64,000 nt of DNA from a phage: the sequence record PZ386980.1, one strand, 5' to 3'. The notes beneath the pieces were generated by a model, which searched no databases, was not told the origin of the DNA, and worked only from the letters and a program-made list of their open reading frames with translations. Both the position numbers and the translations under genes were made by a program. This document shows positions 1-8,923 of the stretch, piece by piece; the first letter of the stretch is position 1, and the number at the start of each line of letters is the position of its first letter.

Positions 1-625
1 AATAGAACCTGCTTTATACTGACGAGATGAATCGCCGGCATTCAAATCAGATACTAATTTATCTAATACGTATTTTTGCCATGCATAATCATTACGGAAT
101 CCGAAGACCACGTCATTTGAGCGCATGCTTACTACTGCATTGACTTTCTTATCACGAATCAGGTACTGTACTGTATTAGTACACATGAAATCTGACATAC
201 CATCTTTATTGTAGTCAAATTGCATGGATGGACGAGTATAAATCATGATACCACGTCGAGAATCAGGATTTTGACCAAGTTCAGCTAAACACATATCATA
301 CTGGGCATAGTTATCTTCTGACCAAATAGCCCAACCATAATTCGAGTTAATTTCGCCTTTAGAAGATGCTACCTGCTGCCAAATCTTTGGTGTTTCACCT
401 GGAATATCTTTAACAAACAAGCTCTTAGATTTATACCATTCAAGTTCACGTTGAATGTATTCATCATTAAGAGCGCCAAAAATAAACGGTTCATCTGCTA
501 CAAATGATGCGCCAATAATTTCAATAGTTTTAACACCAGTTTTATCAACTACGAAATCTTTTTCTTTTAATGCAAGCCCCAAATGAAGACGGATTTCTTC
601 AACTGTCATAGAGTCACTAATCATT
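1..625 (-). CDS. 42: dCMP hydroxymethylase, partial (C-terminal part lies beyond window start)
   Basis: Minus-strand translation from ATG at 625 reads MISDSMTVEEIRLHLGLALKEKDF..., matching the T-even hydroxymethylase as I remember it. Confidence 0.9.
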
Positions 626-631
626 TAAACC

Positions 632-781
632 TCAATTGATACATTCATATTTAACTTGTAACAGTAATAAACCCCAACCTAAAATAATAGTTGGAATCAT
701 AAGAGGAACCGTTACACTATAGTATATACTTATTATAATCATCAAGATTAAAAGCAACACTGTTATAATTTTGCTTTTCAT
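632..781 (-). CDS. small hydrophobic membrane peptide (~49 aa)
   Basis: ATG overlaps stop of upstream ORF (ATGA); mostly hydrophobic residues; below ORF-track cutoff, read by hand. Confidence 0.3.
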   Translation of the reverse strand: MKSKIITVLLLILMIIISIYYSVTVPLMIPTIILGWGLLLLQVKYECIN

Positions 782-1029
782 TCCTTCTCTCTGATGATAA
801 TTACCTGATTTGGTTGTGCAGACTTTTTAGTTTCACCCGCAATTGACCAAATAAATGTAATAAACCAACCAATAATTGACCAGTTAAACAGTAAAGATGT
901 GAAAAAGATTCCTACTGTCGATTTTGACCCACGCATCAAGGCGATAAACCATGGAAGCATGTATATAATAATAGCCAACACACCTGAAACTAAAACCATA
1001 AAAATTGAACCTGCTACTAAAGTTTCCAT
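778..1029 (-). CDS. imm: small two-helix membrane protein, Imm-like superinfection immunity candidate
   Basis: 83 aa, two hydrophobic segments, position between genes 42 and 43 as in T4. Confidence 0.5.
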   Translation of the reverse strand: METLVAGSIFMVLVSGVLAIIIYMLPWFIALMRGSKSTVGIFFTSLLFNWSIIGWFITFIWSIAGETKKSAQPNQVIIIREKE

Positions 1030-1036
1030 GTTTTCC

Positions 1037-1417
1037 TCACTTAGTCAAATTTTTTACGCATGAATTATAAGAATTCACTACATACTCCATCGGAGCATTT
1101 TTACCAGTACGCCATTGGTAATTATTAGCCCAATTAGCCCAAAGCTCGGCGCAGTAATTTTCAATTTTTTCTTCGCGTGTAATTACATCCGAATTACGAT
1201 ATGCTTGAGCAGATTCATCTGGACGAATAGCTTCGTCAAAATTCGCCTGCATTTGTTCTACTGTTTGCTTTGGAGCTTCTTTATAACACTTGACATTAGG
1301 ATTATAAAATTTGCTTGAACAGTTTACAATTTTTCCTACATCAGACTGATTTACTACCGGTCCTTGAGCTACACAACCAGTAAGACCTAATGCAATAACC
1401 AAAATAGCGATTTTCAT
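1037..1417 (-). CDS. putative lipoprotein
   Basis: N-terminus MKIAILVIALGLTGC has signal peptide plus lipobox cysteine; 126 aa. Confidence 0.6.
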   Translation of the reverse strand: MKIAILVIALGLTGCVAQGPVVNQSDVGKIVNCSSKFYNPNVKCYKEAPKQTVEQMQANFDEAIRPDESAQAYRNSDVITREEKIENYCAELWANWANNYQWRTGKNAPMEYVVNSYNSCVKNLTK

Positions 1418-1429
1418 AATAATTTCCTC

Positions 1430-1681
1430 TTAAAACTTAACAAATAACTTTAAAGCATCTTCAATTTTAATTCCTTTTCTTACACCCATAACAGAAATTG
1501 GCTGTGACTGAAATTTTCCTTTACCATTATAAATTTCTAATCCAGTCACCATTCCATTTTGTTCTATAATACCGTAAGTGTTGCCTTCATTTTCAAATTC
1601 TTTAACTTTAAAGAGTTTATTAGCTTTTTCTGCGTTAATAACTTTTAAATTTTGAATAAAATTAGTTTGAATATTTTTCAT
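1430..1681 (-). CDS. hypothetical early protein
   Basis: 83-aa ORF with GGAGG Shine-Dalgarno, directly downstream of early promoter. Confidence 0.55.
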   Translation of the reverse strand: MKNIQTNFIQNLKVINAEKANKLFKVKEFENEGNTYGIIEQNGMVTGLEIYNGKGKFQSQPISVMGVRKGIKIEDALKLFVKF

Positions 1682-1709
1682 TTTCGGTTCCTCCGTAGTT
1701 GATAGTTGT

Positions 1710-1739
1710 ATAGTACCATGGAAGAACAGTCTCGTAAAC
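1710..1739 (-). promoter_or_regulatory. early promoter (GTTTAC -35, 18-nt spacer, TACTAT -10)
   Basis: Member of dispersed conserved promoter repeat; correctly placed upstream of ORF 1430-1681. Confidence 0.6.
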
Positions 1740-1826
1740 AGTTTTGTGAAAATTTTTTAGGGAATTCTAAAGGTCCAGAATCATCTGTTTTTCATAAGTA
1801 TAGATTTATATTACTTGTATGAAAAG

Positions 1827-1842
1827 GGGACCCGGAGGTCCC
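1827..1842 (-). terminator. GC hairpin followed by U-run
   Basis: GGGACC-loop-GGTCCC followed by TTTTC on the minus strand, just after gene 43 stop. Confidence 0.5.
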
Positions 1843-1855
1843 TAGATTTATTCTA

Positions 1856-4552
1856 TCAGCCAAACAGGAAGTCTAACGAAGCTTTTTCTTCATAGTCCAT
1901 ACCAGCCGATTCACACATGCCTGCAAGCGGTTTAACAAACGATTTTTGGAACAAAGTTGAGTAGTCAATCCAAGACAATACGTCAGAACGAATTTCTTTT
2001 GGAAGTTCTGTGCCCGACGGCCAAGCAATGCACTTGTCACCAAATGGATTTCCTTCACGCAATGGAAGAACCATTACTTTATTTCCATCCAAAATTGGAG
2101 CTACACCCAGACCACTAACAGCTCGACGATAAGTTAGCACACCACGAATATGGAACGGACATTTAAATCCTGGCCAACCTTTATCATCATATTTCGCTAT
2201 ATCGTTCGCAGTTTTTACTTCAGCAATAACTTTATAGTCAAGTTGACGATATTCTTTCTCAAAGTTCTTATAATATTCTTGAACAGACTCTTCGCCTTCT
2301 TGAAGAATACGACGAATACTTTCTTCAAGAGCTTCTTGAACTGCTTTAGGCGTTGAACTTTGCTGAGTTTCCATACCCATGATTTTTAGATGCGGTTCAG
2401 CAAAACGCTTATCTTCCATATCATATACGTTCAGAGCATAACGCTTTTTCGCTTTCCAAAATCCACCAACGCCCTTTGAACCAAGTGGAGGGCAAGAAAT
2501 AGCTTCACGGTCCATATGCATCAGATGCTCGCGGTTATTCATATAATCACATAACTCACGATATGCAACATCAATCATAGGTTCCATCTTTTTCTTACCG
2601 AACTGATTCATGAATTCAACTAAATCGTTCTGCTCTTTGAATCGGTCAAGACCAACTTTTTCAATAACTTTATCTACACAAACATATACCGAATCAGTAT
2701 CACCTGCTGCAATGAAATCTTCGCCATTAGTTCCGCACACTTTATTCAGATACTCATTAATTTTACGAGCAATCCACTGAATACCAACTTGGCCGAAAAT
2801 TGTGATAGCAGTAGCATTTCGCAAATCATAGTAACGGAAATGAATATTACCAAGAGCACCGTAAAGGCTGTTAATAAGAATTTTACGGTTCAGCTGATTT
2901 GTATTAGCAAGTGTAGCCGCTTTTTCACATTCTTCAATCAAACTATTGAGAACAGATTCAGTATAATTCGATAGTTCATTTAAGAAATCATCACTGAACT
3001 TAACATATCGTTCAACTTCAGGTTTAGTTGAACAAGACCCTGCGCCTTTCATAATAATCTTTTTAATAGCTTCGGCATTCATTTCTTCAGCGAACATTTT
3101 CTTTTTCCAATCTTTACGCTGGAAAAATACTTTAGCGATTTCCTTTGGAATGATACCTTCTTGATGCTTATCGTACATCCATCCATTCGGAGAACAAGAA
3201 TATTCATCACTCGGTTTAGGAGCTGTTCCTGCGATATATTCATGAATTGGATGAACTTTAAACTGACCACGAATAGTCTCAGGACTAATGTTAACCTGAC
3301 GAATAATGCTCGGATACAGAGACGTCAAGTCAAAACTCATAATATATCGACGAGCAATTGGTTTAGGTTCAAATACAAATGCACCCGGAAAACTCTGTTT
3401 AACATGCGAACCTTGTTGAGGAATAACCTTGTGTTCACCTTTCAATGAGTTAAAAATAATAGCATCCCAGGTTTTAATAGGACTCATTACACCAGAAAAA
3501 GGCATTTTAGCGTAATAAGACATACTTAAAACTAGATCGATAAACCCGCGAATTTTATCAATTGCTTGAACTGATTCTACGTCAATGATGTTATAACTAA
3601 TGTATCGTTGATGATTAGTCTCACGAAGTTTATTAATAGGACCGTCGTATGGTAATTTACCTTTTTTGGTTTCATGCTGAGCAACTGATTCCAAAGAGAA
3701 TGACGGCAAATTAGTAAATGCGAATTTCTTATACAAATCTAAATAATCAAGAATAGATACGCCATCAATAGAATAAATTTCTTTGCTACCGTACATATTT
3801 TGGATAAGTTTAGATTTTACTCGACCGATTGGAGAGAAGCGTTTCATACTACGTTCACCGAGAACCATTTTAACGCGATTCATGATATACGGAACGTCAA
3901 ATCCCTCAATATTCCAACCAGTAAAAATAGCAGGTCGTTTCTGTTCCCAGAGATTGATATATTCCATGAGCATATCACGCTCATTATCGAATGGCATATA
4001 AATTACTCGGTCAAGAATTTCTTGAGGAACTTCATCACCACCTTCACAGTCAAGCTTAGCAGCTAACTTTGCATCCCATTTTGATACTGAACCATACATT
4101 GAATTCAAAAGGTCGAAAACATAAAAACGATCATCAATTGAATCGTAATGAGTGATAGCATCAATTTCATATTCAGCTTTCATTGGGTCAGGAAATTTAT
4201 CACCAGTAACCTCAATGTCACAGTTAGCTACACGAACAAATTTTCGGTCATAAACAATTTCTGAACCGTATGTATCACTGATATAAGCGAGTTTAAAATC
4301 GTTCATACCGAGAGCTTCGAGACCGATGTCTTCCATTCGTTTCATCCAATCTCGAGCATCTTTCATTGATGGAAATTTTTGAGGAGCGCAGTTTTTACCA
4401 TAGATGTCTTTGTATTTTGACTCTTCCTTACAATGCCTAAACATAGTCGGAAGATATTCTACTTCACGAGTACGTTCCTTTCCGTTTTCATCAATATAAC
4501 GTTCAACAATGTTATTTCCAACTGTTTCGATAGAGATATAAAATTCTTTCAT
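1856..4552 (-). CDS. 43: DNA polymerase (family B, with 3'-5' exonuclease)
   Basis: 898 aa, N-terminus MKEFYISIETVGNNIVERYIDENGKER as in T4 gp43. Confidence 0.97.
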   Translation of the reverse strand: MKEFYISIETVGNNIVERYIDENGKERTREVEYLPTMFRHCKEESKYKDIYGKNCAPQKFPSMKDARDWMKRMEDIGLEALGMNDFKLAYISDTYGSEIVYDRKFVRVANCDIEVTGDKFPDPMKAEYEIDAITHYDSIDDRFYVFDLLNSMYGSVSKWDAKLAAKLDCEGGDEVPQEILDRVIYMPFDNERDMLMEYINLWEQKRPAIFTGWNIEGFDVPYIMNRVKMVLGERSMKRFSPIGRVKSKLIQNMYGSKEIYSIDGVSILDYLDLYKKFAFTNLPSFSLESVAQHETKKGKLPYDGPINKLRETNHQRYISYNIIDVESVQAIDKIRGFIDLVLSMSYYAKMPFSGVMSPIKTWDAIIFNSLKGEHKVIPQQGSHVKQSFPGAFVFEPKPIARRYIMSFDLTSLYPSIIRQVNISPETIRGQFKVHPIHEYIAGTAPKPSDEYSCSPNGWMYDKHQEGIIPKEIAKVFFQRKDWKKKMFAEEMNAEAIKKIIMKGAGSCSTKPEVERYVKFSDDFLNELSNYTESVLNSLIEECEKAATLANTNQLNRKILINSLYGALGNIHFRYYDLRNATAITIFGQVGIQWIARKINEYLNKVCGTNGEDFIAAGDTDSVYVCVDKVIEKVGLDRFKEQNDLVEFMNQFGKKKMEPMIDVAYRELCDYMNNREHLMHMDREAISCPPLGSKGVGGFWKAKKRYALNVYDMEDKRFAEPHLKIMGMETQQSSTPKAVQEALEESIRRILQEGEESVQEYYKNFEKEYRQLDYKVIAEVKTANDIAKYDDKGWPGFKCPFHIRGVLTYRRAVSGLGVAPILDGNKVMVLPLREGNPFGDKCIAWPSGTELPKEIRSDVLSWIDYSTLFQKSFVKPLAGMCESAGMDYEEKASLDFLFG

Positions 4553-4610
4553 AGATATTCCTTAGTTTATAGCCCGAGTTATTAGGCTCTTGATATATTA
4601 TACTCCAAAT

Positions 4611-4628
4611 AAGGGGCCGAAGCCCCTT
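4611..4628 (-). terminator. tetraloop hairpin GGGGC-UUCG-GCCCC
   Basis: Perfect GC stem, U-rich tail on minus strand. Confidence 0.5.
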
Positions 4629-4632
4629 TGCT

Positions 4633-4869
4633 TTAAATTTCTATTGTACAACGCGATATAACGGACTTGCCATCTTTATTTGTGGTTTTGATAATCGCAT
4701 GAAATGCGCGTTGGCGTGGGTAAACTAATCGTTGGAATTCTTTTTGGAATTCTATTTGTTTATCTTCCGGGAGGTCAAAAACCAGTTGGGTAGAAGACAG
4801 ACCATATGTTTGTTTTAGATTTTCGAATATTAGAAAAGCTTCGGTAAACTGAATCTCTGATTGTGTCAT
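4633..4869 (-). CDS. hypothetical protein (start ambiguous)
   Basis: ORF 4633-4920 overlaps regA; internal Met start avoids the overlap. Confidence 0.4.
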   Translation of the reverse strand: MTQSEIQFTEAFLIFENLKQTYGLSSTQLVFDLPEDKQIEFQKEFQRLVYPRQRAFHAIIKTTNKDGKSVISRCTIEI

Positions 4870-4879
4870 ATAATTTACC

Positions 4880-5248
4880 TTAATTACCAATCGTATATTT
4901 AGGAACGAGTTTCCATTCATGTTTTTGTTTAAAAGAAATAACTCGGAAGTTATTAGTTAAATCTTTCATAAAAGTTCTTTGACCAGGAACGATTTCAATC
5001 AGTCCCCAATCTTCTAACAGCCATGCAATCGAATCACGACGAACTTCATCTTCTTCTGTCATTTCAACTTGACGGCCATCCATACGAAGCATTTCTTTAA
5101 AATGAACGATATAGTATAGTCCTTTTTTCTGAAGAATATGACAGGACTGATACAGAACTTTATCTTTATTATTAGCAATTCCCATACGAGTCAAAGTTTC
5201 TTTTACTTTCAGAAAATCTTCAGGTTTTTTAAGAGTAATTTCAATCAT
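4880..5248 (-). CDS. regA: translational repressor RegA
   Basis: 122 aa, MIEITLKKPEDFLKVKETLTRMGIANNKDKVLYQSCHILQKKG. Confidence 0.85.
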   Translation of the reverse strand: MIEITLKKPEDFLKVKETLTRMGIANNKDKVLYQSCHILQKKGLYYIVHFKEMLRMDGRQVEMTEEDEVRRDSIAWLLEDWGLIEIVPGQRTFMKDLTNNFRVISFKQKHEWKLVPKYTIGN

Positions 5249-5249
5249 T

Positions 5250-5813
5250 TTACCATTCCAATGCTAGTTTTTTGAGTTGTTTCTGTTCTTTTACGTTCTT
5301 AGTCACTTCTTTCAAAAAATCATCCGTGACTAATCCTTTAAGTTCTTTTAATACTAAAGGTAGTTTTCCATTTTTAGTAAGAATTGATTTATAGTTAATT
5401 GCATCATTTGTGTTAACTTGATACCGCTTAGCAAGTAACTTAATAATCAATACTTCGGTGGAATCTTCAACTAGTTTTGCCCATTTACCATATCTTTTAC
5501 CACGAGGAACTGCAGCCATCAGATAATTAAAATGGGCTTCATCGCTTAAACCTGATCCAATTAAATTCATAGCATATACAGCTGGCATGCACTCCGGAAA
5601 TTGTGATAATGCATTTTCAACCATGAATTTTGAATAATCTTTTTGAGCAATAGAGCATTTAGTTTTATTATTAATAGCTCCAATTATTTCAAAAAACTCA
5701 TTTTCAGCTTTTTCTTTAAAAGAATCAGCAGCGGATTGGACAGCTGTCCAATCTTTTGAATACCAAGCAACTTGATGCTCGTTTAATTGAATATCATCTT
5801 CAAATAAGCTCAT
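5250..5813 (-). CDS. 62: clamp loader small subunit
   Basis: 187 aa from internal Met [22 protein letters not shown]; directly downstream of gene 44. Confidence 0.85.
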   Translation of the reverse strand: MSLFEDDIQLNEHQVAWYSKDWTAVQSAADSFKEKAENEFFEIIGAINNKTKCSIAQKDYSKFMVENALSQFPECMPAVYAMNLIGSGLSDEAHFNYLMAAVPRGKRYGKWAKLVEDSTEVLIIKLLAKRYQVNTNDAINYKSILTKNGKLPLVLKELKGLVTDDFLKEVTKNVKEQKQLKKLALEW

Positions 5814-5814
5814 A

Positions 5815-6774
5815 TCACTTCCACTGCATTTCACATGCTAACTGAATGAAAAGATAAGCTAAATGCAATTCAGTATTAGCTGCAATACCATGATACTGAT
5901 TATTTTCGCCGACAATTTCGTACATACGAATAATACTCTGTGGAGTTACACGTGAATAGATTTCTTCGGCAAGTTTACCCACGAACCACGAATAATCGGC
6001 TGCATATTTTGGTGCTAAAGCTCTGAGTTGTTTAACATCTTTATTTTTGAGAGACTCAAGAACATCATCAATAGCACCACGATCGTTAGTAACCAGTGAT
6101 AAAATACCAGCATCCAAAACACCTTTAGATGAATAACTATCGAGCTCGCCAATAGTTTTACGAAAATCAGGAAAATTCTTTTTAACCAAAGCTGCTACAA
6201 CTTTCATATCAGCTATAGCAATTCCTTCATGCTTGCAGATTTCAGTCAATCGACGAATCATCTGCTTCATCATTTCAATTTTATCTTCATCGGTCGGTTG
6301 ACCGAACGTAATAACTCGGCAGCGTGACTGAAGCGGTTTAATAATACCATCAATATTGTTAGCAGTAATAATAATACTACAGTTTGAACTATAAGCTTCC
6401 ATAAAGGAACGAAGATGTCGCTGAGACTCTGCTAATCCTGAGCGGTCAAATTCATCAATAACGATTACTTTTTGACGACCATCAAATGAAGCGGCGCTGG
6501 CAAAATTAGTCAAAGGACCACGAACGAAATCAATTTTACAGTCTGATCCATTCACAAACATCATATCAGCATTTACATCATGACACAATGCTTTTGCTAC
6601 AGTTGTTTTACCTGTTCCTGGAGAAGGAGAATGAAGAATAATATGTGGAATCTTACCTTTACTTGTAATAGATTTAAAGGTTTCTTTATCAAAGGCGGGA
6701 AGAATACATTCATCGATAGTAGATGGACGATATTTCTGTTCAAGAATGTGTTCTTTTTCATTTACGGTAATCAT
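5815..6774 (-). CDS. 44: clamp loader ATPase subunit
   Basis: 319 aa from internal Met; Walker [11 protein letters not shown]; AAA+ clamp-loader architecture. Confidence 0.9.
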
Positions 6775-6808
6775 AATTTCCTCATTCAAGTTTTAGTGTA
6801 AATTATAA

Positions 6809-6822
6809 AGGGCCGAAGCCCT
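6809..6822 (-). terminator. tetraloop hairpin
   Basis: AGGGC-cgaa-GCCCT followed by U-rich run on minus strand. Confidence 0.45.
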
Positions 6823-6825
6823 CTA

Positions 6826-7512
6826 TTAAAAATCGTGGGTAGAATCAGCTTCAAGAGCTACTACATAATTCGCGTGTTCACCTTCAAATTTAGCAGCGCC
6901 TTGTTTACCTTTTGCCCAGAGCAGAAGTTTATAATTTCCTGGTTGCATTTTCATATTTGCCATATTGATAATGAAATTAAATGTATTTTCACCATCATAA
7001 TCACCAAGAGTCAAAGAATATTTAACACGGGTAAGAGCAGAATCTTCTACTTTATTAAAACCATTAATTACGATTTTACCTTCTTTTACCGTGATAGCAA
7101 TTGTATCAATTTGCAGACCACGAGATACACGCAACAGTTGTTGAAGGTCTTCAGCTTTAATTTCAGTAACAACAGATGCTACCGGGAATGGAATTGGTTT
7201 ATTAGGAGCAACTACTGTACTCGGATCGGCTGCTGGCCAAAAAATTGTTGAGCGGGCATCAGCAATTTTAATATTTCCATCTTCTGACTGGGAAATTTCT
7301 GCATCATCATTAACTAGAGACAGAATACCGAGAAAACCGTTCAAATCGTAAATTGCTACATCAAAATCAATAACGTCAGAAATATTTGCTTCCGCGTAAG
7401 TTGTACCATTAACTGCGCGAGTCATAATAAATTGACCGGATTTAAGCATAATGCCAGAGTTAATAGTAGCGAAATTTTTAAGCAGAGCAGTAGTATCTTT
7501 AGACAGTTTCAT
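6826..7512 (-). CDS. 45: sliding clamp
   Basis: 228 aa, MKLSKDTTALLKNFATINSGIMLKSGQFIMTRAVNGTTYAEA. Confidence 0.9.
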   Translation of the reverse strand: MKLSKDTTALLKNFATINSGIMLKSGQFIMTRAVNGTTYAEANISDVIDFDVAIYDLNGFLGILSLVNDDAEISQSEDGNIKIADARSTIFWPAADPSTVVAPNKPIPFPVASVVTEIKAEDLQQLLRVSRGLQIDTIAITVKEGKIVINGFNKVEDSALTRVKYSLTLGDYDGENTFNFIINMANMKMQPGNYKLLLWAKGKQGAAKFEGEHANYVVALEADSTHDF

Positions 7513-7567
7513 GTAATTTCCTTCAATTCAAATGAGATTTAATTTTATAACTAATTTAATAAAGCAA

Positions 7568-7957
7568 TTAACGATTAAAATCAGTTGCGATTGTTTCGGC
7601 AACAATTTGTGCAGCAACAATTAGACGTTCATCTGCATTACCGCAATAATCATCTTCAAGGCGTTCACCACATGAAGTCATAATAAATTTAGCACCGGCG
7701 TTTAGGGATTCTGTAGTATGTTTGCGCATTAGTTCAATCCATTTATTACTTACTTCACGATCGATAGCTTCATAATACGCATGACGAGCAGGTGCAGATT
7801 TAATTTTGTTCTGAATAACTTCCATTGCGTTATCAGAAAGAGACAAAACCCATGCGCGACGAATTTTATTTTGGTTTTGTGGATTTGATTCAGAACGCAC
7901 GTGTTTTGGCTGAATATCTTTTACATCAACAGTATAATTCACAGTAATTTTAGTCAT
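7568..7957 (-). CDS. rpbA: RNA polymerase binding protein RpbA-like
   Basis: 129 aa, position between genes 45 and 46 as in T4. Confidence 0.65.
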   Translation of the reverse strand: MTKITVNYTVDVKDIQPKHVRSESNPQNQNKIRRAWVLSLSDNAMEVIQNKIKSAPARHAYYEAIDREVSNKWIELMRKHTTESLNAGAKFIMTSCGERLEDDYCGNADERLIVAAQIVAETIATDFNR

Positions 7958-7966
7958 AATACACCT

Positions 7967-8158
7967 TTAGTCATAATAATCAGTAACAGTCCAAGCTTCA
8001 TTTCTATTGGACATTATTTTTGTATATTCTGCTTTAAATGCATTCCTAAGCATAGATTCAGTAACTATATGCTCTTCATTAGAAAAATTATTTCTCAGAA
8101 TATATCGTTTTATTTCAGGAAAAGTTAATAAATGCTGTCCAGTTGAATATTCTGCCAC
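7967..8158 (-). CDS. hypothetical small protein (T4 45.2 position)
   Basis: 63-aa ORF, conserved position. Confidence 0.5.
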   Translation of the reverse strand: MAEYSTGQHLLTFPEIKRYILRNNFSNEEHIVTESMLRNAFKAEYTKIMSNRNEAWTVTDYYD

Positions 8159-8168
8159 AGTTCCTCCG

Positions 8169-8176
8169 TATAAATA
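8169..8176 (+). promoter_or_regulatory. late promoter TATAAATA
   Basis: Exact TATAAATA 34 nt upstream of the ATG of the plus-strand HNH gene. Confidence 0.5.
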
Positions 8177-8209
8177 TGTTTATCACTCGCTGTATCAAAA
8201 GGATATGTT

Positions 8210-8923
8210 ATGAATTATAAACTAATTTATGAAAAGTTAATCTCTAATGCTAAATCTCGAAAACTTGATTGCTATACTGAATCTCATCACATTATACCAC
8301 GCTGTTTAAATGGCAGCGATGATGCTTCAAACTTAGTAGATTTAACACCGGAAGAGCACTATGTAGCTCATCAACTTTTAGTAAAAATTTATCCTTCTGA
8401 ACCAAAATTAATCTATGCTGCTAACATGATGACAGTTTCCACGAAATACGCTAAACGTAACAATAAAACTTTCGGTTGGATTCGTCGTAAACTCTGGGAA
8501 ATAGAAAAGAATAAAGAATTCTCCCAGGAGACACGAAAGAAAATGTCTGATGCAGTAGCTAATAAAGCAAGACTAACTTGTCCACATTGCGGTAAGTCCG
8601 GATTAAGCGGGAATATGAATCGATGGCATTTTGATAACTGCCCGAATCACCCTAATCCTAAAGTTAGACCACCGATGTCTAAAGAACACAGAAATAATAT
8701 CTCAAACGGGCTTAAAGCAATCATTCTTGAAGAAACATCCTGCGAATTCTGCGGAATGATAGGCAAGAAATGCGTTATTGCAGCGCATAGAAATTTCTGC
8801 AAGAAAAATCCAAATGGACGCAAGAAAACTGAAAAGACTGGTACTTGCGTCCATTGTGGTAAAGTTACCACTTTCGGAAATTTATCAAGGTGGCATAATG
8901 ATAACTGTAAGCACAAACATTAA
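8210..8923 (+). CDS. freestanding HNH homing endonuclease with three C-terminal Cys/His zinc-finger repeats
   Basis: HNH motif ESHHIIPRCLNGSDDASNLVDLTPEEHYVAHQ; repeats CPHCGKSG..WHFDNCPNH, CEFCGMIGKKCVIAAHRNFC, CVHCGKVT..WHNDNCKHK; opposite strand to neighbours. Confidence 0.8.
   Translation: MNYKLIYEKLISNAKSRKLDCYTESHHIIPRCLNGSDDASNLVDLTPEEHYVAHQLLVKIYPSEPKLIYAANMMTVSTKYAKRNNKTFGWIRRKLWEIEKNKEFSQETRKKMSDAVANKARLTCPHCGKSGLSGNMNRWHFDNCPNHPNPKVRPPMSKEHRNNISNGLKAIILEETSCEFCGMIGKKCVIAAHRNFCKKNPNGRKKTEKTGTCVHCGKVTTFGNLSRWHNDNCKHKH

Noticed and set aside
1115-1318. Plus-strand ORFs lying inside minus-strand genes (this one and e.g. 2150-2356, 2789-2974, 3161-3448, 6835-7251, 9962-10345, 23233-23562, 25741-26007, 39384-39767)
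   Set aside because: Each is fully antisense to a longer ORF with recognisable protein features and has low-complexity, stop-poor AT-rich translation; treated as shadow ORFs.
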